DNA from: an uncultured bacterium | GTDB lineage: Bacteria; Verrucomicrobiota; Verrucomicrobiia; Limisphaerales; UBA8199 | NCBI GenBank assembly: GCA_963749495.1 | Contig: CAVVMW010000005.1 | Coordinates: forward strand, 128,001-192,000 | Length of the DNA stretch: 64,000 bases | Direction of reading: 5' to 3' | Program-made: the position numbers and the translations under genes | Notes under the pieces: model-generated | The model's database searches: none | The model's input: the letters and a program-made list of their open reading frames with translations, nothing else | What the model was told of the DNA's origin: nothing | In this document: one piece after another, positions 1 through 10,650 of the stretch | How the letters are laid out: the number at the start of each line of letters is the position of its first letter | Numbering within the stretch: position 1 is the stretch's first letter

Positions 1-7
1 TGCTTTA

Positions 8-271
8 ATGCCTGGTGTGACGGCGACGTTGGAACAGACACAGGCAGACCTTGCAAGGCTGGTGAGTTTGGCGCAGCAGGGCGAAGAGGTGGTCATCACC
101 AGCCAGGGGCGGGCCGTTGCCCGGCTAACGGGTGTGCCCTCGGCGGAACGGTCGCCGGGCCGTCAAGCCTGGCTGGCGAAGCTGGCCCGACTGCGCGAAT
201 CAACGGCTACGGGCAAGACCTCCCCGACGACTGAGCAAATCCTCGACGATCTTCGCAGCGAGCGAGGTTGA
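8..271 (+). CDS. Phd/YefM-family type II antitoxin
   Basis: 87 aa with the pattern LARLVSLAQQGEEVVITSQGRAVARL, typical of Phd/YefM. Its stop abuts the ATG of a PIN-like ORF. Confidence 0.85.
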   Translation: MPGVTATLEQTQADLARLVSLAQQGEEVVITSQGRAVARLTGVPSAERSPGRQAWLAKLARLRESTATGKTSPTTEQILDDLRSERG

Positions 272-409
272 ATGGGCTATTGGGATACTTCCACGCTGGT
301 GAAGCTCTACGCAAAGGAGCCGGACTCGGCAGTGTTCGAGGTCCAAGCGATTTGGTTTCTTCTTGTTCCCTGCGTAAGAGGCTCAGTTCATGAGAATGTT
401 CGCGTCTGA
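272..409 (+). pseudogene. Truncated VapC/PIN-domain toxin (N-terminal ~23 codons only)
   Basis: ATG at 272 follows the antitoxin TGA directly. MGYWDTSTLVKLYAKEPDS matches the VapC N-terminal DTS-LVKLY-EP motif. Similarity is lost after ~340 and a stop comes at 407-409. Confidence 0.75.
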
Positions 410-450
410 TCAGAAGATTAATATGACAATCTCATCGACCGACCCCTTCT

Positions 451-594
451 CCGCCGGTTGCCCCGGCTCATCAGGTGGTACATGGCGCCGGGGTATTCGA
501 TGCGCCACTGCCGCGGCATGGCGCAACTCTGCCAGCGCCGGCGGCACGGTGTCAACAGAAATGGGCAAGATGGAGGCTTGACCCCTTTTTTTCC
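451..594 (-). repeat. Orphan copy of the 5' end of the RAYT-like element (end repeat plus first ~23 codons)
   Basis: Near-identical to 3266-3410. Encodes MPRQWRIEYPGAMYHLMSRGNRR and contains the GGGGTCAAGCCTCC end. Confidence 0.9.
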
Positions 595-633
595 TTTTTC
601 TTTTTCTTTTCAGTTCAGTGACCATCCGCCCGA

Positions 634-1543
634 TTACGGCCACTGCCTGGACTCACAGGACTCCGGGTGCGGCTGGTGGTCGTAATTCCACAAAGCGGCG
701 CTTTTGGTGAAACTGGCAAGGTACACAATCTTCATCGCGCTCACGTGGCCGTCGCAAAACAGCACATTGAACACAGTTCCATGTTGTGGAGGCCTTTGGA
801 TGATATGCTGGAAAGGGTCTTGGGTCGTCCATGCCGGCAAACAATCATTAAAGTCAATGCATGCGTTGGTTGGGCATCCTGGCTGGAACGTCATGGAAAC
901 CTGTCGCCGCGTCAGTTATGATAATCATCGCGGCCGGTGCCGCGACCAGAGGTTCGGTGACAGGCCACGCCGGCCAGATGCCGTTGAAGCCGATCGGTGA
1001 GTCGCCAAATCCCCACGTGAATCGGCCCCCGTGCGAAGCAGGCCCAACCCCGTCAGGCCCGGCGTTGGCCGACGCGCCCATCCGGTTGTACGCATAGCTT
1101 CCAACCCAAGCGATGGTAGGCGCGCCATTATTAAGAACGAAAGAGCTCCTGCTGTCAGAGATCACGCCTCTGTAACCCGGGCAGTGGTAGGATGGGTTGG
1201 TCCAGCGAAGGGGACCGTAAGGGGACAGCGCGTCCTCCCATTTGAAGGTATTGTTTTTTCGCGAATTGGAATTGGTCTGGATGCCTTGACTATAAAAAGG
1301 ATACTGGCTGTGGTTGTCCTGCAAGTACATGTGTACCGCCAAACCCGTCTGATGAAGATTGCTCGCGCACTTGATCCGGTAGGCCTGTGCCTTGGCCCTC
1401 GAGAGCGCCGGAAGGAGCATCGCGGCGAGGATCGCGATGACAGCGATGACCACCAGCAGTTCGACCAGCGTGAAGCCAACACCTCCCGTGCGGCAGCCTG
1501 CTCGGACAAGGCCGCACCTTCCGAGGACATTTGTTCCTTTCAT
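634..1543 (-). CDS. Prepilin-type N-terminal cleavage/methylation protein with C-terminal H-X9-DG motif (DUF1559-like), frameshifted near 895
   Basis: [29 protein letters not shown] in ORF 854..1564. [14 protein letters not shown]...[10 protein letters not shown] in ORF 634..894, matching the paralog at 14386. Confidence 0.85.
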
Positions 1544-1676
1544 ATACAGCCGATCCCTTCGCACCGGGCCTTAAGGCCAAACCCACCCAGCATGCTGGCG
1601 CAAGGTTTGACCACCGAGCGCATTGAACGCCTTGGCGCGCGTCTTGTCAAGTGTGCATTTGGGCGCACCCTCCGGC

Positions 1677-2568
1677 CAGGGCGAATTCATGAAGGGGGAC
1701 GAAGGGGAAAAGGGATCCAGAGAGCGAGGCTCCTGGAGCAACGGACTGGCCGGTCCTGCTGCTGGTCGCGGGCTTCAGGGACTGTGCTGGGTTGATTGAG
1801 CTCGCTGCCAGGCTGGTTTTTGGGCGGCTGAGGGTTCGACTTGGGCAGAGCTCCCCCTTCAGCCTTTTGGCCTCTTGGACGGCCGCAGTGGGATGGCCTA
1901 AGATTCCTTAACTGGTTATCGATCAGCTCATGGGGCCCTGGTAAAGCCGGGGCTCATTGTCATTACCATGATCATAGCGCGGCGACGGCCTTCGGCGGCC
2001 ATGTTGACGTGAAAATCGGTGGTGGTCAGGTACTGAGGGTTGGTTTGACGGGAGCGCCATTCCATAAACAGGCTGTTGGCCAGGCGCCGGAAGATGCCCA
2101 AGACGCCCATGGCGTTGGGATGGCGGACGCGGCAGCGGTCGTCGTCGAGAGAGACATCCAGCCGTTGGTGCAAGCCATTTTCAATGCCTCCGAAACCGCC
2201 GCGATTGAACCGCAGCCAAGCCGAAGCATTCAACCGCTCTGGCGGAGCACTGGTTAGCAGGGCGACCAACTCGGGTTTGTGGCCGGTGCTCTGGCGGCGC
2301 ACTCTGGCCACCTGTGCGGCCGCCGGGAAGCAGACCGCTTCCGGCGTGGTCGGGGCCGAGCACAGCACCCGGATCTCATCCCGGCTTCGGTTGCGTTCCT
2401 GAGTGCAGGCGCGTGTGCTCGTCGATTGCTGAGGGGGGAAAGGCAGCCGGAATGTCCGGCAACAGCTTTTTGATCGTCTCGTGAATCCCGGGCTGATTGT
2501 CTTTGACCGTCAGCATGTAGTCGGCGCCGTGCTCCTGCACCATGTCCAGACCCGTTTCGGTCTGTGTC
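1677..2568 (-). mobile_element. ISAs1-family element remnant (3' half of transposase plus one end)
   Basis: TQTET...GADYMLTVKDNQP and GIENGLHQRLDVSLDDDRCRVR motifs, with a frame change at TTTCCCCCC near 2440. CAGGGCGAATTCATG end at 1677. The 5' part is missing at the RAYT element boundary. Confidence 0.8.
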
Positions 2569-2616
2569 AGGAGCAGGAGGCAGGAGGGGTCAAGCCTCTA
2601 TTTTGCCAATGCCACT

Positions 2617-3334
2617 TCAAACTCCCGGACAATCTTGGGCCGGATCCTTGGGTGTTTGTTTCCTCATGGCCGTGAGCAGGCGGAAACTGGCGCTCTTGGG
2701 CGTGCCAAAGTGAAGGCGCTCCGCAATCTGCTTGACTGTTAATGTCGTCTCCTGGCGCAGGCGTGTAGCTAACTGCAACTTGCCCGGGTCGTGCTTGCGG
2801 CGGGATGTTAAGTCCGTTTCCTGCCAGCCCAGCCGCCCCAGTTCCTCACCGATAATGCGCTCCGCTTTGGCCTGCGCCGTCTCCAGCCTCAATTCCCCAA
2901 AATCGTGCGCACCAACCTTGCCCTCCATCTCCTCCAGCTTTTGCTTCTTGAAGCCCTCGCTGCCCAGGCACCAGCCGCAACGCAACGCCTTTAGACTTTC
3001 CTCATCGCCCGGCTCCAACCGCCGCGCCTCCATGCGCCGCTCAAATTCCTGCCGTGCCGCTGGGCTGTCCGCTTGCAGACCGTGCTCGCCCAGCAGCCGG
3101 TCCACCTGCCTGCCGGCAGGCAGGCTCGCATCCACTGCGGCCGGTGCTCTGGGGCGGCCAGGTAATAGCCAGATAGGCATGCACCTGCCAATCGGTCTTT
3201 TGGCAAGCCTCGGCCAGCGTCTTGAGGAAATCCTGCCGGTCCACGTCGTCCAGGAAAATGTCCTCCCGCCGGTTGCCCCGGCTCATCAGGTGGTACATGG
3301 CGCCGGGGTATTCGATGCGCAACTGCCGCGGCAT
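2617..3334 (-). pseudogene. REP-associated tyrosine transposase-like gene with C-terminal HTH; catalytic core deleted and frameshifted
   Basis: MPRQLRIEYPGAMYHLMSRGNRREDIFLDDVDRQDFL...WQVHAY jumps directly to GYYLAAPEHRPQWMR, so the HUH/Tyr region is absent. C-terminal LRQETTLTVKQIAERL HTH. Confidence 0.8.
3105..3124. repeat. Perfect 20-bp palindrome CCTGCCTGCCGGCAGGCAGG inserted in the RAYT gene
   Basis: Removing it restores ATG CGA GTG GAC CGG (MRVDR) in frame on the minus strand. Confidence 0.85.
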
Positions 3335-3410
3335 GGCGCAACTCTGCCAGCGCCGGCGGCACGGTGTCAACAGAAATGGGCAAGATGGAGGCTTGACCCC
3401 CTTTTTTTCC

Positions 3411-3798
3411 CGGCCACTTGCACATCGTTGCCGGCGTGCTGGATTGCGTCCAGCACGCGCTGGCGGTCGCGCGCAAAGCCGTCGTTGGCCTGGTGGCTCA
3501 GGGTGTTGTCCAGGATGTACACCCGGCTCTGGCGGATGGGGGCGGTGTCCGCGCCCCGCCGGTAGGGCCAGCAAAAGGCGGCCACCAGCAGGAGCAGGGC
3601 CAGCACCCGCAGGGCCAGCAGGAGCCGATGGCGCAACTGGAGCGTGTCCCGGCGCGGCACGGGCTGGTCCTCCAGAAAACGGACCGTGGAGAATTGGACG
3701 AGGTCGGTCTGCCGCCGGCGCCGCAGGTGCAGCCAGAGCGGCGCCGCCACCGCCAGGGCGGCCAGCCAGAACAAGGGGTTTAGGAACGAGAAGGGCAT
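3411..3798 (-). pseudogene. BatA-domain/vWA protein, 3'-truncated at the RAYT element
   Basis: MPFSFLNPLFWLAALAVAAPLWLHL...FSTVRFL...LLLALRVLALLLLVAAFCWP is a BatA N-terminus, followed by a vWA start (YILDNTLS). The frame then runs into the element end. Confidence 0.85.
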
Positions 3799-4629
3799 CG
3801 CCTCACATGATTTTCTTTCTCTCCGCCAAAAACATCGCCAGGGCCTGCCAGGGGTTGGCGTCCGTGCGCGCGACGCAGTGGGGCATTTCGAGGCTGCGGA
3901 ACAATTGGCGGCAGCCCTCCATGAAGGCCTGGAACCGCGCCAGGTATTTGTCGCGCATGGCCGGCGGATTGACCACGCGCCGGGCGCCGGTCTCCAGGTC
4001 CTCGAACACCTTGGCCTCGCCAAAGGGGAACTCCATTTCGTCCCGGTCCAGGACCTGGAAGATGATGACCTCGTGGCCGTGAAAGCGGAGCTGCTTGAAG
4101 CCGAGGGCGATCTGGTCCGAAGGTTCGAGCAGGTCGCTGAAGAAAAGGATGACGCTGCGGCGGTGGACGAGCCGAACGGCCTCCTGGAGCAATTGGGCCA
4201 GGCAGGCCCCGCCGGCCGGGCGCAGCAGGTCGAGCTGGCGCAACATGAGCCCGAACTGGTTGGGCCGCTGCGAGGGGCGGATGAACCGGGGCGCGCCGTC
4301 CGGACCGCCCAGAGCGACCAGGCCGGCGGCGTCGTTTTGCCTCAGCAGGAACCACGTCATGGCCGCCGCCAGGACCTTGGCGCATTCGAGCTTCGAGCCC
4401 CAGGCCCCCGCCCCGCGGTAGCGCATCGAGGCGCTGGTGTCGCAGACGACGTAAAAGCGGGCGTTGGTCTCCTGCATATAGCGTTTGATGCAGAGCCGGT
4501 CGTTGCGCGCATAGAGCCGCCAGTCCAGGTGGCGCAAATCGTCGCCTGGCTGGTAGTCCCGATAGTCGCTGAACTCGACGCTGAAGCCGTGGAAGGGGCT
4601 GTCGTGCAAGCCGCTGAGGAACCCCTCCA

Positions 4630-5412
<783 letters not shown>

Positions 5413-5505
5413 AGGATAGCCGCGGATGGTTTGTGATTCGGGTTCGGTCCGAATGCTCCTGAACTTAGGTCGTTTGACATTGTTGGCTGCGTTTATTGGC
5501 TCCGT

Positions 5506-5735
5506 TCAAAACTCGGCGTCCGCGGCCAAGGCAGCCAGGAGCGCCCTGAGCTGCTTCTGGACCGGCGCTGTTTCCGCGGGTTCCAGTTCACCGCGCGCCA
5601 GCTCCACCCGGAGACTGGCCTCGAGTTTGTCCTGTCCACTATTCCTCCATTCCACCCTCCAGCGCAATGGCCCCTGGTCATTTTCACAAATGTATTCTTC
5701 TTTTCCCCCAAACTCTGCCGGGCGGCGAACACCCC
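5506..5735 (-). pseudogene. Probable C-terminal remnant of the gene that preceded moxR
   Basis: Protein-like tail (LRWRVEWRNSGQDKLEASLRVEL...LRALLAAL) with no credible start; upstream is a repeat element. Confidence 0.35.
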
Positions 5736-5793
5736 CGCAATTAGTAGAATGCCCCGTCCGGGGACTTATTTCAACCCGCTGCCCGGTGTCGCC

Positions 5794-5938
5794 GGGGGCC
5801 GGAACGGAGTGCGCCCGTCCCCGGGCACAGCAACGTCCGGAGCCAGGGCAGCGGTCAAACACTCCAGCGCACCTGCCCGCTCCGTCGCTGCTGCGCCCGG
5901 GGACGGGCGCACTCCAGGGGCACTGTCAGGAAGCGCCC
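5794..5938. repeat. REP doublet (GGAGTGCGCCCGTCCCCGGGC-CAGCA arms), copy 1
   Basis: Inverted arms at about 5806-5832 and 5889-5915. Reverse-complement homolog at 16197-16345. Confidence 0.85.
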
Positions 5939-6045
5939 CCGGCGTCCTTTATGTCGCTTATGTCCCTTTAGTCCCTTTTCTTTTCATCCCCGGCGATGCT
6001 CATTGACAACCCGCGCCCTTGCGGTTTGACTTCAGTCCGAACGCG

Positions 6046-7493
6046 ATGCAACCCAGCGCAGGCAGCTGGTCAGACCGGCCGGGGCCCGATTCAGGCCCGG
6101 GCGGGCCCGGGCTCAAACGGGTGCTGGGGCTGCCGGCCCTGGTCCTTTACGGCCTGATCCTCATCCAACCGACGGCTCCGATGCCGCTTTACGGCAACGT
6201 GGCCGGCCTGGCGCACGGGCACGTGGTTACGACCGTGCTGATCGGGATGGTGGCGATGCTCTTCACGGCGATCGCCTACGGGCGGATGGCCAATGCCTAT
6301 CCCAGCGCCGGCTCGGCCTATACCTACGTGGGCCGCGAGATCCATCCCGCCCTGGGCTACTTGGTCGGGTGGGGCATGATCTTCGATTACGTGATGAACC
6401 CGATCATCTGCGTCATCTGGAGCAGCCAGGCCGCGCTGGCTCTCCAGGTCGATCTGGGTCTTCAAATGCCGGCCTTGTTCACGCCGAAGGTCCTGTTCGT
6501 TGTCTATGTCTTTTTCTTTACGGCCCTGTTCACCGGGATGAACGTGAGGGGCATCGAGGCCAGCTCACGCACCAACACGATCATTGCGGCGGGTCTGGGC
6601 GTAGTAATCGTGCTCTTTCTCGCGGCTGCGGCGCAGTACCTCTGGGCGCGACCTCCGGCCGGCATGGCCGGGTGGACCAGGCCGTTCTATGACCCAAAGA
6701 CGTTCTCATTTTCCGCCGTCTCGAATGGCGCCGCGCTTGCGGTGCTGACCTATATCGGGTTTGACGGCATCTCGACCCTGTCCGAGGAGGTACACAATCC
6801 CCGGCGCAATATCCTCCTGGCAACGGTGCTGGTCTGCCTGCTCACAGGCGTGTTGGCCTCGATCCAGGTCTATGCGGCCCAACTGGTGTGGCCGGACGCG
6901 AACACGAAATTCTCCAATCTGGACCTCGCCTTTTGCAACGTGGCGGGCAAGGCGGGAGGACGTTGGCTGTTCCTGACCGTGGATGCCGCCCTGCTCATCG
7001 CCACCATCGGCTCCGGCGCCGGCGCGCAACTCGGGCCGGCCGCCTGCTTTATGGCATGGGCCGTGACAACGCGATTCCGCGCCGGTTCTTCGGCTTCATC
7101 CATCCCCGCACGCGCATCCCCAGCAACAACATCCTCCTGGTCGGCGCCTTCACCCTCCTCGGGGCCTTCACGCTCACTTATGGCCAGGGTGCCGAGCTGC
7201 TCAATTTCGGCGCCCTGGTGGCCTTCATGGGCGTCAATGTCTCCTCGTTCGTCCGCTACTTTGTCCGCAGCCAACGCAAGCAGTTTGGCAGCTTTGCGGC
7301 TCCGGCAATGGGCTTCTCCGTCTGCCTCTTCCTCTGGCTGAGCCTGGGGCGCAATGCAAAGCTGGCCAGCCTGAGCTGGCTCGCCGCGGGCCTGCTCTAC
7401 GGCGCCTGGCGCACCTCCTGGTTCCGCAAACCGCTGGACTTCCAACGCGTCGAGACCGCGGAGGAGGAACAGCCTGTGCAAAGGCAGGAATGA
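6046..7493 (+). CDS. APC-family amino acid/polyamine permease, single frameshift near 7035
   Basis: YPSAGSAYTYV and YIGFDGISTLSEE motifs with many TM segments. Continues in the other frame as GRLLYGMGRDNAIP...LLNFGAL. Confidence 0.88.
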
Positions 7494-7526
7494 CGAATGA
7501 CGAATGACGAATGACGAATGACGAAT
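7488..7526 (+). repeat. Heptamer tandem repeat (GAATGAC)x5.5
   Basis: Read directly; supplies the permease TGA stop. Confidence 0.95.
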
Positions 7527-7583
7527 AGGGGGAACCCAAAGCACGGGCCGGGCGGTCGCTCGCCCGGTCGTTTGAGACATGCC

Positions 7584-7802
7584 TCATGGCCTGGGGTTGT
7601 GGAGGCGCGCCTTGACTTGGGCGAGCGTGAGGAACTCGCCTTCTCCTCGTTCAATCTTGCTCAAGCGCGCTGCCAGCACCTCCCCATGCCAATCCGGCGA
7701 CGGCACAGCCTCTGGCGTCCGCGTGAGTGAGGCCCATAGCAACTCCATAGTCCGGAGCCGTTCCTCGAGTGTCATCTGCTCAATCTCCGCAAGCCCAATC
7801 AT
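7584..7802 (-). CDS. Putative addiction-module antitoxin component (TIGR02574-like)
   Basis: EIEQMTLEERLRTMELLWASL...SPDWHGEVLAARL...GEGEFL pattern. No intact toxin follows. Confidence 0.8.
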   Translation of the reverse strand: MIGLAEIEQMTLEERLRTMELLWASLTRTPEAVPSPDWHGEVLAARLSKIERGEGEFLTLAQVKARLHNPRP

Positions 7803-7969
7803 CCAGGAACACTACCGTCTTCAAGGTCGCCCTGCAAGCCGGTTCCGGCCCGGGATGTTCCAGGAGCCGAGAATGGCCCAAAAGGCCAGGCAGCGAGAGT
7901 CTGCGTAGTCCCGCCGTTTAACGCCAAAACTGCATCCTCACCGCGCCGCCGCAACGCCAGCGGCTCCGC

Positions 7970-8056
7970 TTCGTCATTCGTCATTCGTCATTCGTCATTC
8001 GTCATTCGTCATTCGTCATTCGTCATTCGTCATTCGTCATTCGTCATTCGTCATTC
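7970..8056 (-). repeat. Heptamer tandem repeat (TTCGTCA)x12, inverse of 7488-7526
   Basis: Read directly. Confidence 0.95.
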
Positions 8057-8139
8057 CTCTGCCCGAATCCCCCATATTTGGCTCTGGCGGAAAGCGGGCA
8101 ATAGGGCTATAACCTTGGCCGACAACACATATCACGAAC

Positions 8140-9453
8140 ATGTCCACCCTCGCATTACTGGGCGGCGAGCCGGTTCGCCGCAAGCCGTTTTCACCCTGGC
8201 CCCAATATGCCGCTCGCAACGTCGAGCGCGTGGTGAAGGTCGTCGAGAGCCGCCATTGGGGCGGGTTCCCGGTGCCGAGCCCGCTGGCCAGGGAGTTCGC
8301 GGAGAAGTTCTGCCAGTTGCACGGAGCCAAGCACGGATTGTGCGTGGCCAACGGGACGATTGCGCTCTCGGCCGCCGCGCAGGCCCTGGGCCTGCAGTTC
8401 GGCAACGAGGTCATCGTGCCGGCTTACACTTGGGACGGGACAGCCGTGGCGGTGCTCCAGGCGGGCGGTGTGCCGGTGTTTGCCGACGTGGACCCGGACA
8501 CGTATTGCCTGGCGCCGGAGGCCGTGCGGGCCGCCATCACACCCCGCACGCGGGCGCTCATGCCCGTGCACCTGGCCATGCGGTTCGCCGATATGGACGC
8601 CTTGCTGGGAATCGCGCGGCAGCACGGCCTGCTGGTCATCGAAGATTGCGCGCACGCCCACGGCGGCCTCTTCCAGGGACGCGGCGCCGGGACGGGCGGC
8701 AACGTCGGCTGCTTCAGCTTCCAGGAGAGCAAGCTCATCACCTCGGGCGAAGGCGGATTCGTCATGACCAACCGGCTGGACTGTTTCGAGGCGCTCCAGA
8801 CCATTGTCAATTGCGGGCGGCCGAGCTTGACCGATCAATTCCAGAAAAAGGTCCTGGGCAGCAACTACCGCTTGACCGAGCTGCAGGCGGCCTTGCTCCT
8901 GGGCCAGTTGGAAATGTGGCCTGAACTCCGCAACAGGCGCGCCCGCCACGCCGCCTTGCTCAGCAAGGCCCTGGCCGGCCTGCCGCACGTCCGTCCCCTG
9001 CCCCCGCAACCCGGCTTGGAACGCGACACAATCTATAATTTCATCTTCCAGTATCGCCCCTCGGGCCCGGCGCCCGGCCGGGACCTCTTTGTGGCCGCGC
9101 TCGAAGCCGAAGGCGTGCCCTGTGACGGGCGGTTTTACGAACCGGTTTATCGGAGCGACCTCTTCTATGCCACGCCCCAGAACTGCCCGCAACTGGCCGT
9201 CGGCCGCGACCAACCCATGGATTACAGCCGCTGCCATTGCCCGGTCTCCGAACGCGCCGCATACCAGGAGGCGGTCTGGCTGCCCCAGTTCCTGCTCATC
9301 GGCGACGAGGCCGACGTGGCCGACGTGGCCAAAGCGGTCGAGAAGGTCGTCTCCAACCTCGGCGCCCTCGCTCAGGCCGACCCGAAGCTGGCCGGCCTCA
9401 AGGCGGCCAGCCGGGCGCTGCGCGCCAAACTGGAACGGGCCAAGAACTATTGA
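8140..9453 (+). CDS. DegT/DnrJ/EryC1/StrS-family PLP-dependent aminotransferase
   Basis: VANGTIAL, EVIVPAYTW, VIEDCAHAHG, CFSFQESKLITSGEGG (PLP Lys) and GSNYRLTELQAA. Confidence 0.93.
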   Translation: MSTLALLGGEPVRRKPFSPWPQYAARNVERVVKVVESRHWGGFPVPSPLAREFAEKFCQLHGAKHGLCVANGTIALSAAAQALGLQFGNEVIVPAYTWDGTAVAVLQAGGVPVFADVDPDTYCLAPEAVRAAITPRTRALMPVHLAMRFADMDALLGIARQHGLLVIEDCAHAHGGLFQGRGAGTGGNVGCFSFQESKLITSGEGGFVMTNRLDCFEALQTIVNCGRPSLTDQFQKKVLGSNYRLTELQAALLLGQLEMWPELRNRRARHAALLSKALAGLPHVRPLPPQPGLERDTIYNFIFQYRPSGPAPGRDLFVAALEAEGVPCDGRFYEPVYRSDLFYATPQNCPQLAVGRDQPMDYSRCHCPVSERAAYQEAVWLPQFLLIGDEADVADVAKAVEKVVSNLGALAQADPKLAGLKAASRALRAKLERAKNY

Positions 9454-9476
9454 ACCCGGCGGGGGGAACGGAAATG

Positions 9477-10317
9477 GGTTCTTCCGGAAAGTTCTAAGTC
9501 TCGAGTGACGAGGGCCAAGGAGTCTGAGGGCCAATGTTGAGCGTGCCGGGAGCCTGCGTCACCGCGTAGCGGTGCCTGAGGGTAGCCGTGGACTTCAGTC
9601 CACGGACCCAGGGCCCAAGCTCACCTGCGTCGCGTAGCAACGCTTGGAAACAGGATACGATTTGGCCGGCGCCAGGCCCTCAGGCGTCGCTACGCGACGC
9701 GGAGCCATTCCCACGCGCCAAACCGTGGACCGAGGTCCTTGTCTTTACCCACATCTCCTGAGCGGTCATATCAGTTCCCCTTTTGAGCAGGCGGGAGAAA
9801 GGCCTGAGGAGCATGCCAGTTTTAGCCGCCAAAGGCGCCCTTGATACCAGCCGGCGGCAACGCCCGGCCAACCCGGAGGGTTGGCAGAAGGTAGCCGGGG
9901 GTCGCCGTCCAGCGGCGACCCCCGGTTGCGGGCGTCCATGGCCCTGCACCCCGGCGGGGTGCCAGAAGAGCACACGTTCGCGGCGGGCGCCTTCTGGCAT
10001 CCCTCCGGGATGCAATCCCTTGCCGTCGCGGCACCGGGGGTCTCGCTACGCTTCGACCCCCGGCTACCTTCTGGCATCCCTCCGGGATGAGAAATGTGCT
10101 TCGGAGATCCCTAACGCCCATCAGATCCGCTTCATCAGGGCACCCGACGATGTGGGTAACGACAAGGACCGAGGTCCACGGCTGCCCTCGGCGCGTCGCT
10201 ACGCGACGCAGGCGCTACGCTGGCGACTCCGAGTGGGGTCACCCGCAGGTACAAGAGGGCGGCACGCGATGAATGTGCCACAGCTATCACTTCAGACTAG
10301 AACTTTCCGGAAGAACC
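9477..10317. mobile_element. Non-autonomous MITE-like element with 20-bp perfect terminal IRs, carrying REP arrays
   Basis: GGTTCTTCCGGAAAGTTCTA at 9477-9496 and its reverse complement at 10298-10317. No credible ORF inside and no clear TSD. Confidence 0.75.
9738..10166. mobile_element. Nested MITE with 18-bp IRs and 10-bp target-site duplication
   Basis: CTTGTCTTTACCCACATC versus the reverse complement of GATGTGGGTAACGACAAG (17/18). GACCGAGGTC duplicated at 9728-9737 and 10167-10176. Confidence 0.88.
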
Positions 10318-10650
10318 GAAAAACTGGCCTGTCACGACTTGCGCCATTCCCTGTGATCAACTCCCCCTCCAACACTTGCTGCTGTATAGTTCTGCTTGAT
10401 TGATGGGCAGGCTATACGGTGGCAAGTGTTGGAGGGGGCAGAAACCAGGGCGTTTAACTAGGGCGTTTAGGTATTAGCCTTCTTTTAGATGGAGTGCCGC
10501 CATCTCTAATCAATCCTCTGGCTTCTATATCGGCTCCTGTGGCTCTCTATAGACGGCTGTGGGGGCGGTGTGGAGGCTGGGCGGAAGAAGCAAGGTTGTT
10601 AGCTGTTTGCTTTAGCTATCAGCTCGTGTGGTTTGGTGTGCTGCTGAATC

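Larger units (their letters stand above)
2586..3400 (-). mobile_element. RAYT-like (Y1/HUH) transposase element bounded by 22-bp inverted repeats
   Basis: GGGGTCAAGCCTCTATTTTGCC (2586-2607) versus the reverse complement of 3379-3400, GGGGTCAAGCCTCCATCTTGCC (20/22 match). Genes on both flanks are truncated. Confidence 0.75.

Noticed and set aside
6046..9453. Secondary-metabolite (aminoglycoside-type) cluster around the DegT aminotransferase
   Set aside because: Only a permease and the aminotransferase are present; no other biosynthetic genes are adjacent.
8191..9534. Long antisense or alternate-frame ORFs (also 3644-4729, 26055-27644, 32128-33996, 54360-56402 and many others)
   Set aside because: Shadow ORFs expected from high GC3 on the opposite strand of clear genes; they have no motifs.
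9644..10403. Short ORFs in the repeat nest
   Set aside because: They are translations of palindromic repeat DNA with no coding signature.
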